Source: Escherichia coli (lineage in GTDB: Bacteria; Pseudomonadota; Gammaproteobacteria; Enterobacterales; Enterobacteriaceae). From it: a stretch of 64,000 bases of DNA. The stretch lies in NCBI RefSeq assembly GCF_003790525.1, contig NZ_CP033635.1, one strand, 5' to 3'. Under the pieces are notes generated by a model. The model was not told the DNA's origin. It worked only from the letters and a program-made list of their open reading frames with translations, and did no database searches. A program made the position numbers and the translations under genes. Position 1 is the stretch's first letter. Each line of letters starts with the position of its first letter. Below are positions 36,088-49,625 of this stretch, piece by piece.

Positions 36088-36932
36088 GGCTTTAACGGCC
36101 TGTCCTCAAAAGTTCAGAACGTCCTGAAGGATGACCCGTTCTCCGGGCATATCTTCGTCTTCCGGGGCCGCAGTGGCAAAATGGTGAAAATACTGTGGGC
36201 CGATCGTGATGGGTTATGCCTGTTCGCCAAACGCCTGGAACGGGGCCGCTTCATCTGGCCGGTGACCCGGGAAGGGAAAGTGCACCTGACGCCAGCTCAG
36301 TTATCCATGCTACTGGAGGGGATCGCGTGGCAACATCCCAAACGGACAGAACGGCCTGGCATCCGGATATAACCCGTTGCAAAGCGAGTATATGGACACC
36401 TCACTTGCTCATGAGAATCCCCGCCTGCGGGCACTGTTGCAGACGCAACAGGACACCATCCGCCAGATGGCTGAATACAACCGCCTGCTCTCACAGAGGG
36501 TGGCGGCTTATGCTTCTGAAATCAACCGGCTGAAGGCGCTGGTTGCGAAACTGCAACGTATGCATTTCGGTAAAAGCTCAGAAAAACTTCGCGCAAAAAC
36601 CGAACGACAGATACAGGAAGCACAGGAGAGAATCAGCACACTTCAGGAAGAAATGGCGGAAACGCTGGGTGAGCAATATGACCCGGTACTGCCATCCGCC
36701 GCCCTGCGTCAGTCTTCAGCCTGTAAACAGTTACCGGCCTCACTTCCCCGTGAAACCCGGGTTATCCGGCCAGAAGAGGAATGCTGTCCTGCCTGTGGTG
36801 GTGAACTCAGTTCTCTGGGATGTGATGTGTCAGAGCAGCTGGAGCTTATCAGCTGCGCCTTTAAGGTTATCGAAACACAAGTCCGAAACTGGCCTGTTGT
36901 CGGTGTGACCATATCGTGCAGGCGCCGGCTCA

Positions 36933-38885
<1,953 letters not shown>

Positions 38886-39584
38886 GCTCATTCAAAACCC
38901 ATTGCACACAGTTATGCCGGAGCGGGGCTTCTGGCCCATGTTGTCACCGGGAAGTATGCAGACCATCTGCCGTTATACCGTCAGTCAGAAATATACCGCA
39001 GTCAGGACGTGGAGCTGACACCGTTGCTGAACTGCTGGAGCCGCTGTATGACGTCCTGCGCCAGTATGTGCTGATGCCCGGTAAAGTCCATGCTGATGAT
39101 ATCCCCGTTCCGGTCCAGGAGCCAGGCAGTGGTAAAAACCGAACGGACAGGCTGTGGGTCTACGTCCGTGATGACCGTAATGCCGGGTCGGAGATGCCCC
39201 CGGCGGTCTGGTTCGCGTACAGTCAGGACCGGAAAGGTATCCATCCACAGAATCATCTGGCCGGTTACAGCGGTGTGCTTCAGGCCGATACTTACGGTGG
39301 TTACCGGGCGTTATACGAATCCGGCAGAATAACGGAAGCCGCGTGTATGGCCCATGCCCGGAGGAAAATCCACGATTTGCATGCAAGAGCGCCAACTGAC
39401 ATCACCACGGAAGCCCTGCAGCGTATCGGTGAACTGTATGCCATCGAGGCAGAAGTCCGGGGATGTACAGCAGAACAGCGTCTGGCGGCAAGAAAAGCCA
39501 GAGCTGCGCCACTGATGCAGTCACTGTATGACTGGATACAGACCCAGATGAAAAGTAAGCGGCTCGTCAGAACCGTATTGATAT

Positions 39585-41156
39585 TTACTGAGAGCTCAGA
39601 TCAACTTTCCAGGGCAACAGATCGCGTACCCGGTTTGCCGGCCAGTCCTGGATATGTTCAATGACGTAACGCAGCCACTTTTCTGGCTCCACATTGTTCA
39701 GACGGCATGTGCCGATCAGCGAGTACAACACCGCCGCATGTTCACCACCGCTGTCGGAACCCGCGAACATCCAGTTTTTCCGGCCTACGGCCACTCCCCG
39801 TAAGGCGTTCTCTGCGATGTTGTTGTCGATTTCCACCCAGCCATTACTGCAGTACACGTTCAGTGCATCCCACTGTTTCAGCAGGTATGCGAACGCTTTT
39901 GCCGTATCTGAGTGACGCGACAGTGTTTTCATCTGTTGCTGTATCCAGTCATACAGTGACTGCATCAGTGGCGCGGCTCTGGCTTTTCTTGCCGCCAGAC
40001 GCTGTTCTGCTGAACAGCCCCGGACCTCTGCCTCGATGGCATACAGTTCACCGATACGCTGCAGGGCTTCCGTGGTGATGTCGGTGGGCGCTCTTGCATG
40101 CACATCGTGGATTTTTCTCCGGGCATGAGCCATACACGCGGCTTCCGTTATTCTGTCGGATTCGTATAACACCCGGTAACCACCGTAAGCATCGGCCTGA
40201 AGCACACCGCTGTAACCGGCCAGGTGATTTTGTGGATGGATACCTTTCCGGTCCGGACTGTACGCGAACCAGACCGCCGGGGGCATCTGTGAACCGGCGT
40301 TGCGATCATCACGGACGTAGACCCACAGCCGGGCTGTCCGGGTTTTACCGCTGCCCGGCTCCTGGACCGGGACGGGGATATCATCGGCATGGACTTTACC
40401 GGGCATCAGCACATACTGGCGCAGGACGTCATACAGCGGCTCCAGCAGTTCAGCAACAGCACCTGTCCAGCGCCCCAGTGTGGCACGGCTCAGCTCCACG
40501 CCCTGGCGACGGTATATTTCTGACTGGCGGTATAACGGCAGATGGTCTGCATATTTCCCGGTGACAACATGGGCCAGAAGCCCCGCTCCGGCATAACTGC
40601 GTGCAATGGGTTTTGAAGGCACCGGTGCCTGCACGATATGGTCGCACCGGCAACAGGCCTGTTTCGGACGTTGTGTTTCGATAACCTTAAAGGCACTGCT
40701 GATAAGCTCCAGTTGCTCTGACACATCACATCCCAGTGGACTGAGTTCACCACCACAGGCCGGACAGCATTCCTCTTCCGGCCGGATGACCCGGGGTTCA
40801 CGGGGAAGTGAAGCCGGTAACGGTTTACGGGCTGAAGACTGGCGCAGGGGGGATGGCAGTACCGGGTCATATTGCTCACCCAGCGTTTCTGCCATTTCTT
40901 CCTGAAGTGCGCTGATTCGCTCCTGTGCTTCCTGTATCTGCCGTTCGGTTTTTGCGCGAAGTTTTTCTGAGCTTTTACCGAACTGCATACGCTGCAGTTT
41001 CGCAACCAGCGCCTTCAGCCGGTTGATTTCGGAAGCATAAGCCGCCACCCGCTGTGAGAGCAGGCGGTTGTATTCGGCCATCTGGCGGATGGTGTCCTGT
41101 TGCGTCTGCAACAGTGCCTGCAGGCGGGCATTCTCATGAGCAAGTGAGGTGTCCAT
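39585..41156 (-). CDS. tnpC: IS66-family transposase TnpC
   Basis: 523 aa with N-terminal coiled coil, CxxC zinc-finger (CPACGG) and DDE-type core. Confidence 0.8.
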   Translation of the reverse strand: MDTSLAHENARLQALLQTQQDTIRQMAEYNRLLSQRVAAYASEINRLKALVAKLQRMQFGKSSEKLRAKTERQIQEAQERISALQEEMAETLGEQYDPVLPSPLRQSSARKPLPASLPREPRVIRPEEECCPACGGELSPLGCDVSEQLELISSAFKVIETQRPKQACCRCDHIVQAPVPSKPIARSYAGAGLLAHVVTGKYADHLPLYRQSEIYRRQGVELSRATLGRWTGAVAELLEPLYDVLRQYVLMPGKVHADDIPVPVQEPGSGKTRTARLWVYVRDDRNAGSQMPPAVWFAYSPDRKGIHPQNHLAGYSGVLQADAYGGYRVLYESDRITEAACMAHARRKIHDVHARAPTDITTEALQRIGELYAIEAEVRGCSAEQRLAARKARAAPLMQSLYDWIQQQMKTLSRHSDTAKAFAYLLKQWDALNVYCSNGWVEIDNNIAENALRGVAVGRKNWMFAGSDSGGEHAAVLYSLIGTCRLNNVEPEKWLRYVIEHIQDWPANRVRDLLPWKVDLSSQ

Positions 41157-41175
41157 ATCCTCACTTTACAACGGG

Positions 41176-41523
41176 TTATATACGGATTCCAGCGCGTTCC
41201 GTTCGTTTCGGGTGCTTCCAGTCGATGCCCTCGAGAAGCATGGATAACTGAGCCGGAGTAAGGTGCACCTTGCCGTCACGGGTGACTGGCCAGACGAAGC
41301 GGCCCCGCTCTAGGCGTTTGGTGAAGAGGCACAGTCCGTCACTGTCAGCCCACAACACTTTTATCTGGTCACCCCGGCGTCCGCGGAAGATGAACAGGTG
41401 TCCGGAGAACGGGTCATCCTTCAGGACGTTCTGAACTTTTGAGGCCAGGCCGTTAAAGCCATTTCGCATATCGGTGATACCTGCAACCAGCCAGATACGC
41501 GAACCTGCAGGGAGAGATATCAT
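41176..41523 (-). CDS. tnpB: IS66-family TnpB
   Basis: 115 aa, MISLPAGSRIWLVAGITDMRNGFNGLASKVQNVL...; overlaps tnpA by ATGA. Confidence 0.8.
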   Translation of the reverse strand: MISLPAGSRIWLVAGITDMRNGFNGLASKVQNVLKDDPFSGHLFIFRGRRGDQIKVLWADSDGLCLFTKRLERGRFVWPVTRDGKVHLTPAQLSMLLEGIDWKHPKRTERAGIRI

Positions 41524-42200
41524 CAGTGGCTGCTCCCTTTTATTTCGCGGATAAGTGTCTGTAATAACGCCGGCGTCAGTTTACCTTTAAGCCTGAGAGT
41601 TCCGGCCGGCAGAACCAGCTCACAACACAGACTGTCGGACGGTGTATTTATCTGCTCTGGTTCCTGTGCGGGGGCCGGGATTTTATTATCCGGCTCCGGC
41701 GTTAACGTCACGGGAAGCAGTGCCGGCATATTTTTTCCGGAAGGCAGCAGGCCACCTTTCCGGTATTGATGGCGCCAGTTGAAGAGCAGGTTATCGTTGA
41801 TTCCGTTTTCCCGGGCGATCTGCGCCACACAGGCTCCGGGCTGCAGTGACTGCTCCACTAAGGCGATTTTAAACTCATAAGGGAAGTTGGGCCGCCGGGG
41901 ACGTTTTTTTACCACGGGGGCTTCGGATATAACGGTGCTTTCAGGACGTACGACTGGTACCGTGGAAAATTGTCCGTAAAGGCAGGCATCAAGTTCCTGC
42001 TCCGACATGCCTGCGGGCAAAGGCCACGAAAGGCCAGCTCTCCGAAAGCGCACGAACATACTACAAACTGTTGATTTTGATACACCCAGGCGACGCCCGG
42101 CCACAACCCGGGGTAAATGTTCTTCAAAGTGAAGACGTAAAGCTTCAGTGATCCAGGTCCGGTGTTTCATACGATAGTGTCCATTAAAAATGATGGACAT
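41523..42200 (-). CDS. tnpA: IS66-family TnpA
   Basis: 225 aa with HTH; first ORF of the IS66 operon. Confidence 0.7.
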   Translation of the reverse strand: MSIIFNGHYRMKHRTWITEALRLHFEEHLPRVVAGRRLGVSKSTVCSMFVRFRRAGLSWPLPAGMSEQELDACLYGQFSTVPVVRPESTVISEAPVVKKRPRRPNFPYEFKIALVEQSLQPGACVAQIARENGINDNLLFNWRHQYRKGGLLPSGKNMPALLPVTLTPEPDNKIPAPAQEPEQINTPSDSLCCELVLPAGTLRLKGKLTPALLQTLIREIKGSSH

Positions 42201-42855
42201 TATTTTTGTAGAGCCGGAGGAAACAGACCAGACGGTTTAAATGAGCCGGTTACGATGAAAACACTGTCGCGTCACTCGGATACGGTAAAAGCGTTCGCCT
42301 ACCTGCTGAAACAGTGAGATAGCCTGAACGTGTACTGCAGTAATGGCTGGGTGGAAATCGACAACAACATCGCAGGGAACGCCTTACGGGGAGTGGACGT
42401 AGGCCGGAAAAACTGGTTGTTCGCGGGTTCCGACAGCGGTGGCGAACATGCGGCGGTGTTGTACTCGCTGATCGGCACATGCCGTCTGAACAATGTTGAA
42501 CCAGAAAAATGGCTGCGTTACGTCATTGAGCATATCCAGGACTGGCCGACAAACCGGGTACGCGATCTGTTGCCCTGGAAAGTTGATCTGAGCTCTCAGT
42601 AAATATCAATACGGTTCTGGCGAACCGCTTACTGTTCAATGGTCCATTGGGGTTTTGACATCAATTATCTCCGGTAAGTTAGTGAATGGATATCGGTAAT
42701 GCTAACTGACTAAAAATCCCTGTGAAGATGACTTCCCCGTAACGACATAAACAAAGCGAACACCCGGACGAAATACTATTTCACAAATTGTTAGGGCATC
42801 ATTTATGAGCAGCGTTTTAATCGAGTAGTCTTTACTTGCATTGCTGCCTTTATTC

Positions 42856-43056
42856 TCAGGTGTTCTCATGTCCAAGATGCTCTGTGAGTTCAGCGCTAAG
42901 CTCATCTTTAACAGTACACTTCGTAAGCATGTATAAAAACAGGTTAAGATCAGATTCGGTTTTAAGGCAATTTACCAGTTCGGCAGCAATAGCATTGGAT
43001 TCTTGTTTATCAATTGCCTGTCTCCACGGTGTAGGGAACATATCAAAAACAGGCAA
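42856..43056 (-). pseudogene. IS256-family transposase N-terminal fragment
   Basis: 66-aa ORF with ...DELSAELTEHLGHE, corresponding to the LNAELTHHLGHE region of the IS256-family copy at 53604. Confidence 0.3.
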
Positions 43057-43095
43057 TTACAAAATTTAAATTACACTCTCGTCAGAACATAGCCC

Positions 43096-43740
43096 TTAAC
43101 GAACCGTCCATGCAGGGCTGAAATCCTCTTCCTGAAACAGCTCTGTCAGCCCGCTAATCTGTTTCAGCCTCAGCACTTCATCCTGGTCCATGCCCAACTC
43201 TGTGCCAATACGCTCATCTGTCCAGCCCAGACGTGAGAGGTCCCTGACAATGTCAGACATTGACGTTACCTGGTGTTTTCCCCTGGCACGGTTATGCCGT
43301 ATGGTTGCGGCAATACGTGATGCCTGTCCCTTTCTCTCTGGATTAATACAGGCCACTGGCAGCCAGCCCTTCAGACGTTTTCTCGTATCCGCTTTCCTGC
43401 CCAGCAACTGACGATGAAAACCATCCACGACCAGATAATGCTCCTTCTCTTCCGAAACCACCACAGGCTGCGTGAATCCATCCTGCTCCAGTGAATGTTT
43501 AAGCAGTTTTTTTTCACTGGAAGACATGACATTGGGATTGTAATCGTTGGCCACCACCTCATCCGCTTTCACCCACAACACACAATCCACAGGCTCCTGT
43601 GCAAAAGGGCTGACCTCATGCAACACCCTGCGCAGATGATTAAGGGCTCGTATGGTCTCTTCTTCAGATCGTTCCTGACTGAAGTACTGTCGAATCATGT
43701 TGCTCAATACTTCCACCTCAGGTGTCACAGAATCCCCCAT
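43096..43740 (-). CDS. ibrB: ParB-like nuclease-domain protein (IbrB-like)
   Basis: 214-aa intact ORF; ParB/sulfiredoxin-fold signature VVDGFHRQ; C-terminal HTH-like segment; overlaps the upstream PAPS-reductase-like gene. Confidence 0.6.
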   Translation of the reverse strand: MGDSVTPEVEVLSNMIRQYFSQERSEEETIRALNHLRRVLHEVSPFAQEPVDCVLWVKADEVVANDYNPNVMSSSEKKLLKHSLEQDGFTQPVVVSEEKEHYLVVDGFHRQLLGRKADTRKRLKGWLPVACINPERKGQASRIAATIRHNRARGKHQVTSMSDIVRDLSRLGWTDERIGTELGMDQDEVLRLKQISGLTELFQEEDFSPAWTVR

Positions 43741-44951
43741 TCCTTCCTCCTTTCTTTCATACGCTGCAGATAACGTTCATAGTGCCGGGGTTTGTTCGGA
43801 CTGAAGGAGAGGGTCCGACACCAGAAATCATTCTTTATGAGTGTCTTACAGATACGTCGCCAGGACGGGATATCCCGGCTCCCCAGGTCATTCTCCTGTT
43901 CATCCGGGATGTCATCCGGGAAGCCCCGCGTCTGATACCAGCGCAGGTAGACAGCAATTTTATTACGGTAATGTTCTGCCGTTCTTTCCGGCATCACATC
44001 CAGCAGGAACATCGCATAGCTACGCCAGGTATGATGAGGTGGCTTCGTGATACGCTTACGCAGGGCAAAATAGGCACCGCTCTCATTGGCATAAAGCGCC
44101 CCGCTGGCAGCACCCGACACCCGCTCACACATCCTGGCCCAGGTTTCCGGCTCCAGAACATGGTAAAGCCACAGTCCCTTACGCTGTTCCGGGCCAAAAG
44201 GCTCACAGACCCGCATGTTGCGTAACGGCACGCCGGCACGGTACATCAGGTCATACAGGGGATTGTAGATAGCCCGGGTTCTGGCGTTATATATCCATAT
44301 ATCACGGGCTTTCCAGTCATACAACGGATACAAGGTGTAATAAAACCCTTCAGGTGACGCTGTGGTCCAGGGTTTATCATCTGCATATCTCAGTTTGCGC
44401 TGAGACACCAGTCCCATAAAGCGATTGAGCGATTCATCAGCACGAACACCAGTCAGTATTGCCACTCCACACCGGTTACCGGCAAACCAGGAAGAAAATG
44501 CCGGAACAAATTCTTCAAACGTCATGGCATACCGATAAAATGGGAAATACGACATATCTGTAATAGCGTCATCTGGTGGCTGACGAACCCACTCCACACC
44601 TGGTTCCCAGCATATCCATTCCGGCTGAAACTGAGAGACACCGTTTACCGTAGTCAGGGGGAGTGCCACCCAGTAAAAGGTATCCGTCACATCCCGGTAC
44701 ATTTCCCGCATCTTCTGAACATGTTCAATGGTGCACTGATACTGAGCTTCCCAGTCAATGAATAATACAGAGAAACGACGTTTCTTCCTGCGAGCCACAT
44801 CAGCCGCAAGATGGAGCAGCACAGTGGAGTCTTTTCCTCCGGAAAAAGACAAACAGACAGAAGAGAATGTTTCAAACAACCATTCAATACGGCGAATAGA
44901 AGAATGAAATACATCATCCTCTTTTATTATCTTTCGTATAGTTCCTGACAT
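43725..44951 (-). CDS. ibrA: PAPS-reductase-like PP-loop protein (IbrA-like / DndC-like fold)
   Basis: 408-aa intact ORF; PP-loop ATP-pyrophosphatase motif SFSGGKDSTVLL at residues 35-46; AT-rich promoter region upstream (44952-45280); its stop overlaps the next gene's start by 16 nt. Confidence 0.6.
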   Translation of the reverse strand: MSGTIRKIIKEDDVFHSSIRRIEWLFETFSSVCLSFSGGKDSTVLLHLAADVARRKKRRFSVLFIDWEAQYQCTIEHVQKMREMYRDVTDTFYWVALPLTTVNGVSQFQPEWICWEPGVEWVRQPPDDAITDMSYFPFYRYAMTFEEFVPAFSSWFAGNRCGVAILTGVRADESLNRFMGLVSQRKLRYADDKPWTTASPEGFYYTLYPLYDWKARDIWIYNARTRAIYNPLYDLMYRAGVPLRNMRVCEPFGPEQRKGLWLYHVLEPETWARMCERVSGAASGALYANESGAYFALRKRITKPPHHTWRSYAMFLLDVMPERTAEHYRNKIAVYLRWYQTRGFPDDIPDEQENDLGSRDIPSWRRICKTLIKNDFWCRTLSFSPNKPRHYERYLQRMKERRKEWGIL

Positions 44952-45515
44952 GTTGTATATAACAAAAATTAAAGAACTAATTAATATTTTGATTTATAAT
45001 AAATAAACGCTTTGAACGACAATGAAACTCTTTTGACTTAAAATTAGTTTGTATTTTTCTTAAAAATCAAACCTGTGTCAACGCTGCCCCAATAGATACC
45101 ACCAATTAAAACCATAGAAAAAACCACTAATACTCTTATTTATTACGGTTATTTAATCTATTGATTAAGGCTGAATTTAATATAATTTATTGCTGTGTTT
45201 TTACAAACATTTAGCATGATTGAACAAGTCATCCCGTTTTTTTCATGAAATGATTGATAGAAAGCTGAACAGTACAGAATGATGTATCAGGGGACTCGTC
45301 ATTTTTCCCAGCCTCAGAGTCTGTCTGAACGCTTTTACCACATTTTCTGTCTGCAGGGCTGCCGCCATTCTGGTTGTGTTATCAGACGCAGTAGCCGTTC
45401 TATCCGTCTGGAGGTGCCGGTAGCTGCCTATGTGGCAAGATTGCGTTGCATTTCGCTAGCGCGTCATCAGCGCCATGTTTCCTTAATATCCATCGCTGAC
45501 CCTCCCGGGTTCACC

Positions 45516-46502
45516 TGTGTACGATCCGGAGACATGGTAGACAGGTGTTCGGGGACATGGTGAACACTTTTTAACATTCTTTGCCATGGTGATCGACTTA
45601 TTTTTCAGGTCGATCACCCCCACTTTTGTACTGTACCACCAGACTTCATACTGACCGTCTTCCTGCGTCTCCTTCAGCCCCAGGCGTTCATTTCTGAATG
45701 CCTTGCCCGCACTCAGACTGACACCTCTCAGACTCAGTTTACCCCTGATATCCACCTTCCTGACTACCACACCCTCGTCATACTCCGGCGGCTCTACATT
45801 GCTCCTGAACTGTCGCGCTGACGGCTGATACCGTGAGGCAGGAACAGCCATATCCAGAGCTTCATGCGGGCGTTCAAGATTATAGACTGTACGCCAGTGA
45901 TCGAAGGCGCGCTGCAACTCACCCGCATCTGTAAACCACTTACCCTGCAAAACTTCCGCCTTCAGACTGCGGTGAAAACGTTCCAGCTTGCCCTGCGTCT
46001 GTGGATGGTACGGGCTGGAGTGCCCCACCTTGATACCCTGACGCATCAGCCATAACTCCAGTGCCGTCCAGGTGCATCCTGTCCGGCAGTCCGTAGTGTT
46101 CAAATACGCTGACCAGCTGTTGCTGCACGGTCGTCCGTTGTTCATTGGCGCAGTGAGCCAGACACAGGGAAAAACGGGAATGATCATCCAGCAGCGTTAA
46201 CGGATGGCAGCGTCCACCGCCAAAGGGAAAGTGCCCCTTAAAATCCATCTGCCAGAGCTGGTTCGGCGTGTTCGAAGCGGCCCGTCGCCGGGGCTGCCGC
46301 AACCAGACCGGGCAGAAGGCCATTGCGGGCCATCAGGTTATGCACCGTGCTGAAGGCGGGCAGAACAAACTCAGAACGTAGTGACATGGTATCTCTCGCT
46401 TCCCTGGGCATAAGCGGCTCCATAAACGGGTTCTGATGCCTTAGTTGTAAGTATCAACCATGTCTCCGAACAAGTGTTTACTATGTCTCCGCATCGTACA
46501 CA
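45516..46502 (-). mobile_element. IS481-family element, transposase frameshifted
   Basis: Imperfect inverted repeats TGTGTACGATCCGGAGACATGG (45516) and TGTGTACGATGCGGAGACATAG (rc, ending 46502); rve core in three frames (WQMDFKG..., LTLLDDHSRF, HSSPYHPQTQGKLERFHRSLK). Confidence 0.5.
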
Positions 46503-46517
46503 CCTGTCTGAGGGAGG

Positions 46518-46645
46518 AGACTGCCCGTCGCACTCTTTGTCTTGATTGCCGCAAATTGGCAGAGGTCGGCAACGCGAGTGTGATAAGCGTTAATGTCCCA
46601 GTGTTTTGCATACATGTCAGAACACCTTTGACTGTAAGCGCATAC
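46518..46645 (-). other. fragment of a second, degenerate group II intron copy (domain I region)
   Basis: Reverse complement of 46518-46632 aligns at about 85 percent with 47747-47868 of the intact intron (e.g. AAGGTGTTCTGACATGTATGCAAAAC vs AAGGTGTTTTGACATGTATGCGAAAC; AAGAGTGCGACGGGCAG in both). Confidence 0.5.
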
Positions 46646-46707
46646 TGATCTTACCCACCAATAGTGGACACAGGACTAAGTGAGTAAACTCTTAACCAGG
46701 GTGACTC

Positions 46708-47007
46708 ATGACAAAACCAGTATCAATCAGCAAGAAGCCCCGTAAACAACATACGCCTGAATTTCGTAACGAAGCCCTGAAACTCGCTGAACGCATCGGT
46801 GTGGCCGCCACAGCCCGTGAACTCAGCCTGTATGAATCTCAGCTTTATGCCTGGCGCAGTAAACAGCAGCAACAAATGAGTTCGTCAGAGCGCGAAAGCG
46901 AACTGGCCGCTGAAAATGTCCGCCTTAAACGACAACTGGCGGAGCAGGCTGAGGAACTGGCCATCCTCCAAAAGGCCGCGACATACTTCGCGAAGCGCCT
47001 GAAATGA
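46708..47007 (+). CDS. IS3 OrfA
   Basis: 99 aa, [52 protein letters not shown]...; matches IS3 OrfA as recalled. Confidence 0.85.
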   Translation: MTKPVSISKKPRKQHTPEFRNEALKLAERIGVAATARELSLYESQLYAWRSKQQQQMSSSERESELAAENVRLKRQLAEQAEELAILQKAATYFAKRLK

Positions 47008-48062
47008 AGTATGTCTTCATCGAAAATCATCGGGCAGAGTTCAGCATCAAAGCGATGTGTCGTGTACTTCGGGTTGCCCGCAGCGGCTGGTATGTCTGGC
47101 TCAGGCGTCGTCACCAGATGAGCCTGCGCCAACAGTTTCGGCTCACCTGCGATGCCGCTGTCCATAAGGCATTCTTTGAGGCAAAGCAGCGATACGGTGC
47201 TCCCCGCCTTGCTGACGAACTGCCGGAGTTCAATATTAAAACCATTGCCGCCAGCCTGCGTCGTCAGGGGCTGCGGGCGAAAGCCAGCCGGAAGTTCAGC
47301 CCGGCCAGCTACCGTGCACATGGCCTGCCCGTATTGGAGAATCTGCTGGAGCAGGACTTCAGCGCCAGCGGCCCGAACCAGAAGTGGGTGGGTGACATCA
47401 CGTACTGTGTGCCCGGAGTTCAGGGCGAGCATAGACGCTCAAATGAACCACGAGTCTGTCTGGAATATTGAACCGGTAACTCACGATGAGAAACCCAACA
47501 ATCCCACCGGGTGTGACGGTGGAGAACCTGAGCGGCAGTGACCTGCGGCATGCCCGCAGGGTGATGTAACCCGCTGACAACGGGGATTGAGGCGAGATCA
47601 CTAAGCCGAGATGATCCTCAAGGTTAAGTACTGAAAGGCTTAAGAATATGAACCCGTTAATCCGCCTCTGTGGGTTGAAAACGTCACCACGGCCTACGTG
47701 ATCTGACAGGCCGTGCAGGAGGAACTGGCAGTGATACGTAAGCACTGCCGGTCGAAGGTGTTTTGACATGTATGCGAAACTCCGGGGCAGCAGCGTCTAT
47801 CACGCTCGCGTTGCTGACTTCTGCCAACTTGCGGCAAGCAAGGATAAAGAGTGCGACGGGCAGCCTCCTCAGTATGTCTGAGTCCAGTCAGGCAAACCGG
47901 GGAAGGTCAGCGACGGATGTTAAGGGGGCATGGCTCCGATGACGCGCTGGCTGGCGGAGCTTCCGTAGTAGTCCGCGATGGGGAAAGCCCATTACATGGC
48001 GAAGGGAAGCAGTTTGAATGTGTCTGCGACGTAAATTAACTGACCTAACGAGGTGAAGACCT

Positions 48063-49304
48063 TTGATAATCAGCGAAATGCAACGCAAGCTTGCCACATG
48101 GGCAGCCACCGATCCGTCCCTACGGATTCAACGGCTGCTGCGTCTGATAACACAACCAGAATGGCTGGCTGAAGCGGCGCGGATCACGCTTTCATCAAAG
48201 GGGGCGAATACCCCCGGTGTTGATGGCGTGAACAAAACAATGCTACAGGCCAGACTGGCTGTTGAGCTGCAAATCCTCAGGGATGAATTACTCTCAGGCC
48301 ACTACCAGCCCTTGCCCGCCAGGCGGGTTTACATCCCTAAAAGCAATGGCAAACTGCGACCACTGGGTATCCCCGCGTTGCGGGATCGTATTGTTCAGCG
48401 GGCCATGCTGATGGCGATGGAGCCGATATGGGAGAGTGATTTTCATACGCTCTCATATGGCTTCCGGCCTGAGCGCAGTGTCCACCACTCGATCCGCACG
48501 GTGAAATTACAGCTCACCGACTGCGGTGAAACCCGGGGACGCTGGGTGATTGAAGGCGACCTGTCCAGTTACTTCGACACCGTACATCATCGACTGCTGA
48601 TGAAGGCTGTACGCCGCAGGATCAGTGACGCACGTTTCATGACTCTGCTGTGGAAAACCATCAAGGCGGGACATATCGATGTCGGTCTCTTTCGGGCGGC
48701 CAGTGAAGGTGTGCCACAGGGCGGTGTTATATCGCCGCTATTGTCGAACATCATGCTGAATGAGTTCGATCAATACCTGCATGAGCGCTACCTGAGCGGG
48801 AAAGCAAGAAAAGATCGGTGGTACTGGAATAACAGTATCCAACGGGGCCGAAGTACGGCGGTCAGAGAAAACTGGCAGTGGAAACCCGCGGTGGCGTACT
48901 GCCGCTATGCCGATGATTTTGTCCTCATCGTCAAAGGCACCAAAGCACAGGCGGAAGCCATCAGGGAGGAGTGTCGGGGTGTGCTCGAAGGCAGTCTGAA
49001 ACTCAGGCTGAACATGGATAAGACTAAAATCACCCATGTTAATGACGGCTTTATCTTTCTGGGGCACAGGATCATTCGCAAACGCAGTCGTTATGGCGAG
49101 ATGCAAGTGGTCTCAACGATCCCGCTGGAGAAAGCCAGAAACTTCGCCGCATCGCTGACAGCACTGTTATCAGGCAACTACAGTGAAAGCAAAGTCGATA
49201 TGGCTGAACAACTCAACCGAAAACTGAAAGGCTGGGCCATGTTCTATCAGTTCGTTGATTTTAAGGCCAAAGTCTTCAGTTATATCGACCGTGTCGTGTT
49301 CTAG
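48063..49304 (+). CDS. group II intron-encoded reverse transcriptase/maturase
   Basis: 413 aa; RT domains 0-7 (e.g. ...NGKLRPLGIPALRDRIVQ..., FRPERSVHHSI, YADDFVLIV) followed by an X/maturase region. Confidence 0.85.
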   Translation: MIISEMQRKLATWAATDPSLRIQRLLRLITQPEWLAEAARITLSSKGANTPGVDGVNKTMLQARLAVELQILRDELLSGHYQPLPARRVYIPKSNGKLRPLGIPALRDRIVQRAMLMAMEPIWESDFHTLSYGFRPERSVHHSIRTVKLQLTDCGETRGRWVIEGDLSSYFDTVHHRLLMKAVRRRISDARFMTLLWKTIKAGHIDVGLFRAASEGVPQGGVISPLLSNIMLNEFDQYLHERYLSGKARKDRWYWNNSIQRGRSTAVRENWQWKPAVAYCRYADDFVLIVKGTKAQAEAIREECRGVLEGSLKLRLNMDKTKITHVNDGFIFLGHRIIRKRSRYGEMQVVSTIPLEKARNFAASLTALLSGNYSESKVDMAEQLNRKLKGWAMFYQFVDFKAKVFSYIDRVVF

Positions 49305-49591
49305 AAGCTGGCTCACTGGCTGGCCCGCAAATACCGTACAAGTATCGCTTCCCTGATGAGGTGGTGGTGTAAATCACCGAAACCGGGTCAGAGCAAAACG
49401 TGGGTTTTATTTGGTAAAACCAATCACGGCAAGCTCAGCGGCGAAATACTGTACCGGTTGGTGGGGCAAGGCAAGAAGCTGTTCCGCTGGCGGCTACCCG
49501 AAGGTAATCCCTATCTGAGGACGGAAACCAGAAAGACGTATACATCGCGCTTTACAGAAGTGGCAATGGCGTTCGCCAGCGTTTAAATGGA

Positions 49592-49625
49592 GAGCCGGAT
49601 GCGCTGAAAGGTGCATGTCCGGTTC
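49592..49625 (+). ncRNA. group II intron catalytic domain V
   Basis: 34-nt hairpin GAGCCGGATGCGCTGAAAGGTGCATGTCCGGTTC with the AGC triad and GAAA-type tetraloop, about 50 nt upstream of the intron 3' end. Confidence 0.75.

Larger units (their letters stand above)
39555..42283 (-). mobile_element. IS66-family element, intact (tnpA-tnpB-tnpC), with 8-bp target duplication GATGAAAA
   Basis: Imperfect terminal inverted repeats GTAAGCGGCTCGTCAGAACCGTATTG (39555) and GTAACCGGCTCATTTAAACCGTCTGG (rc, ending 42283); GATGAAAA at 39547-39554 and 42284-42291; three intact ORFs. Confidence 0.8.
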
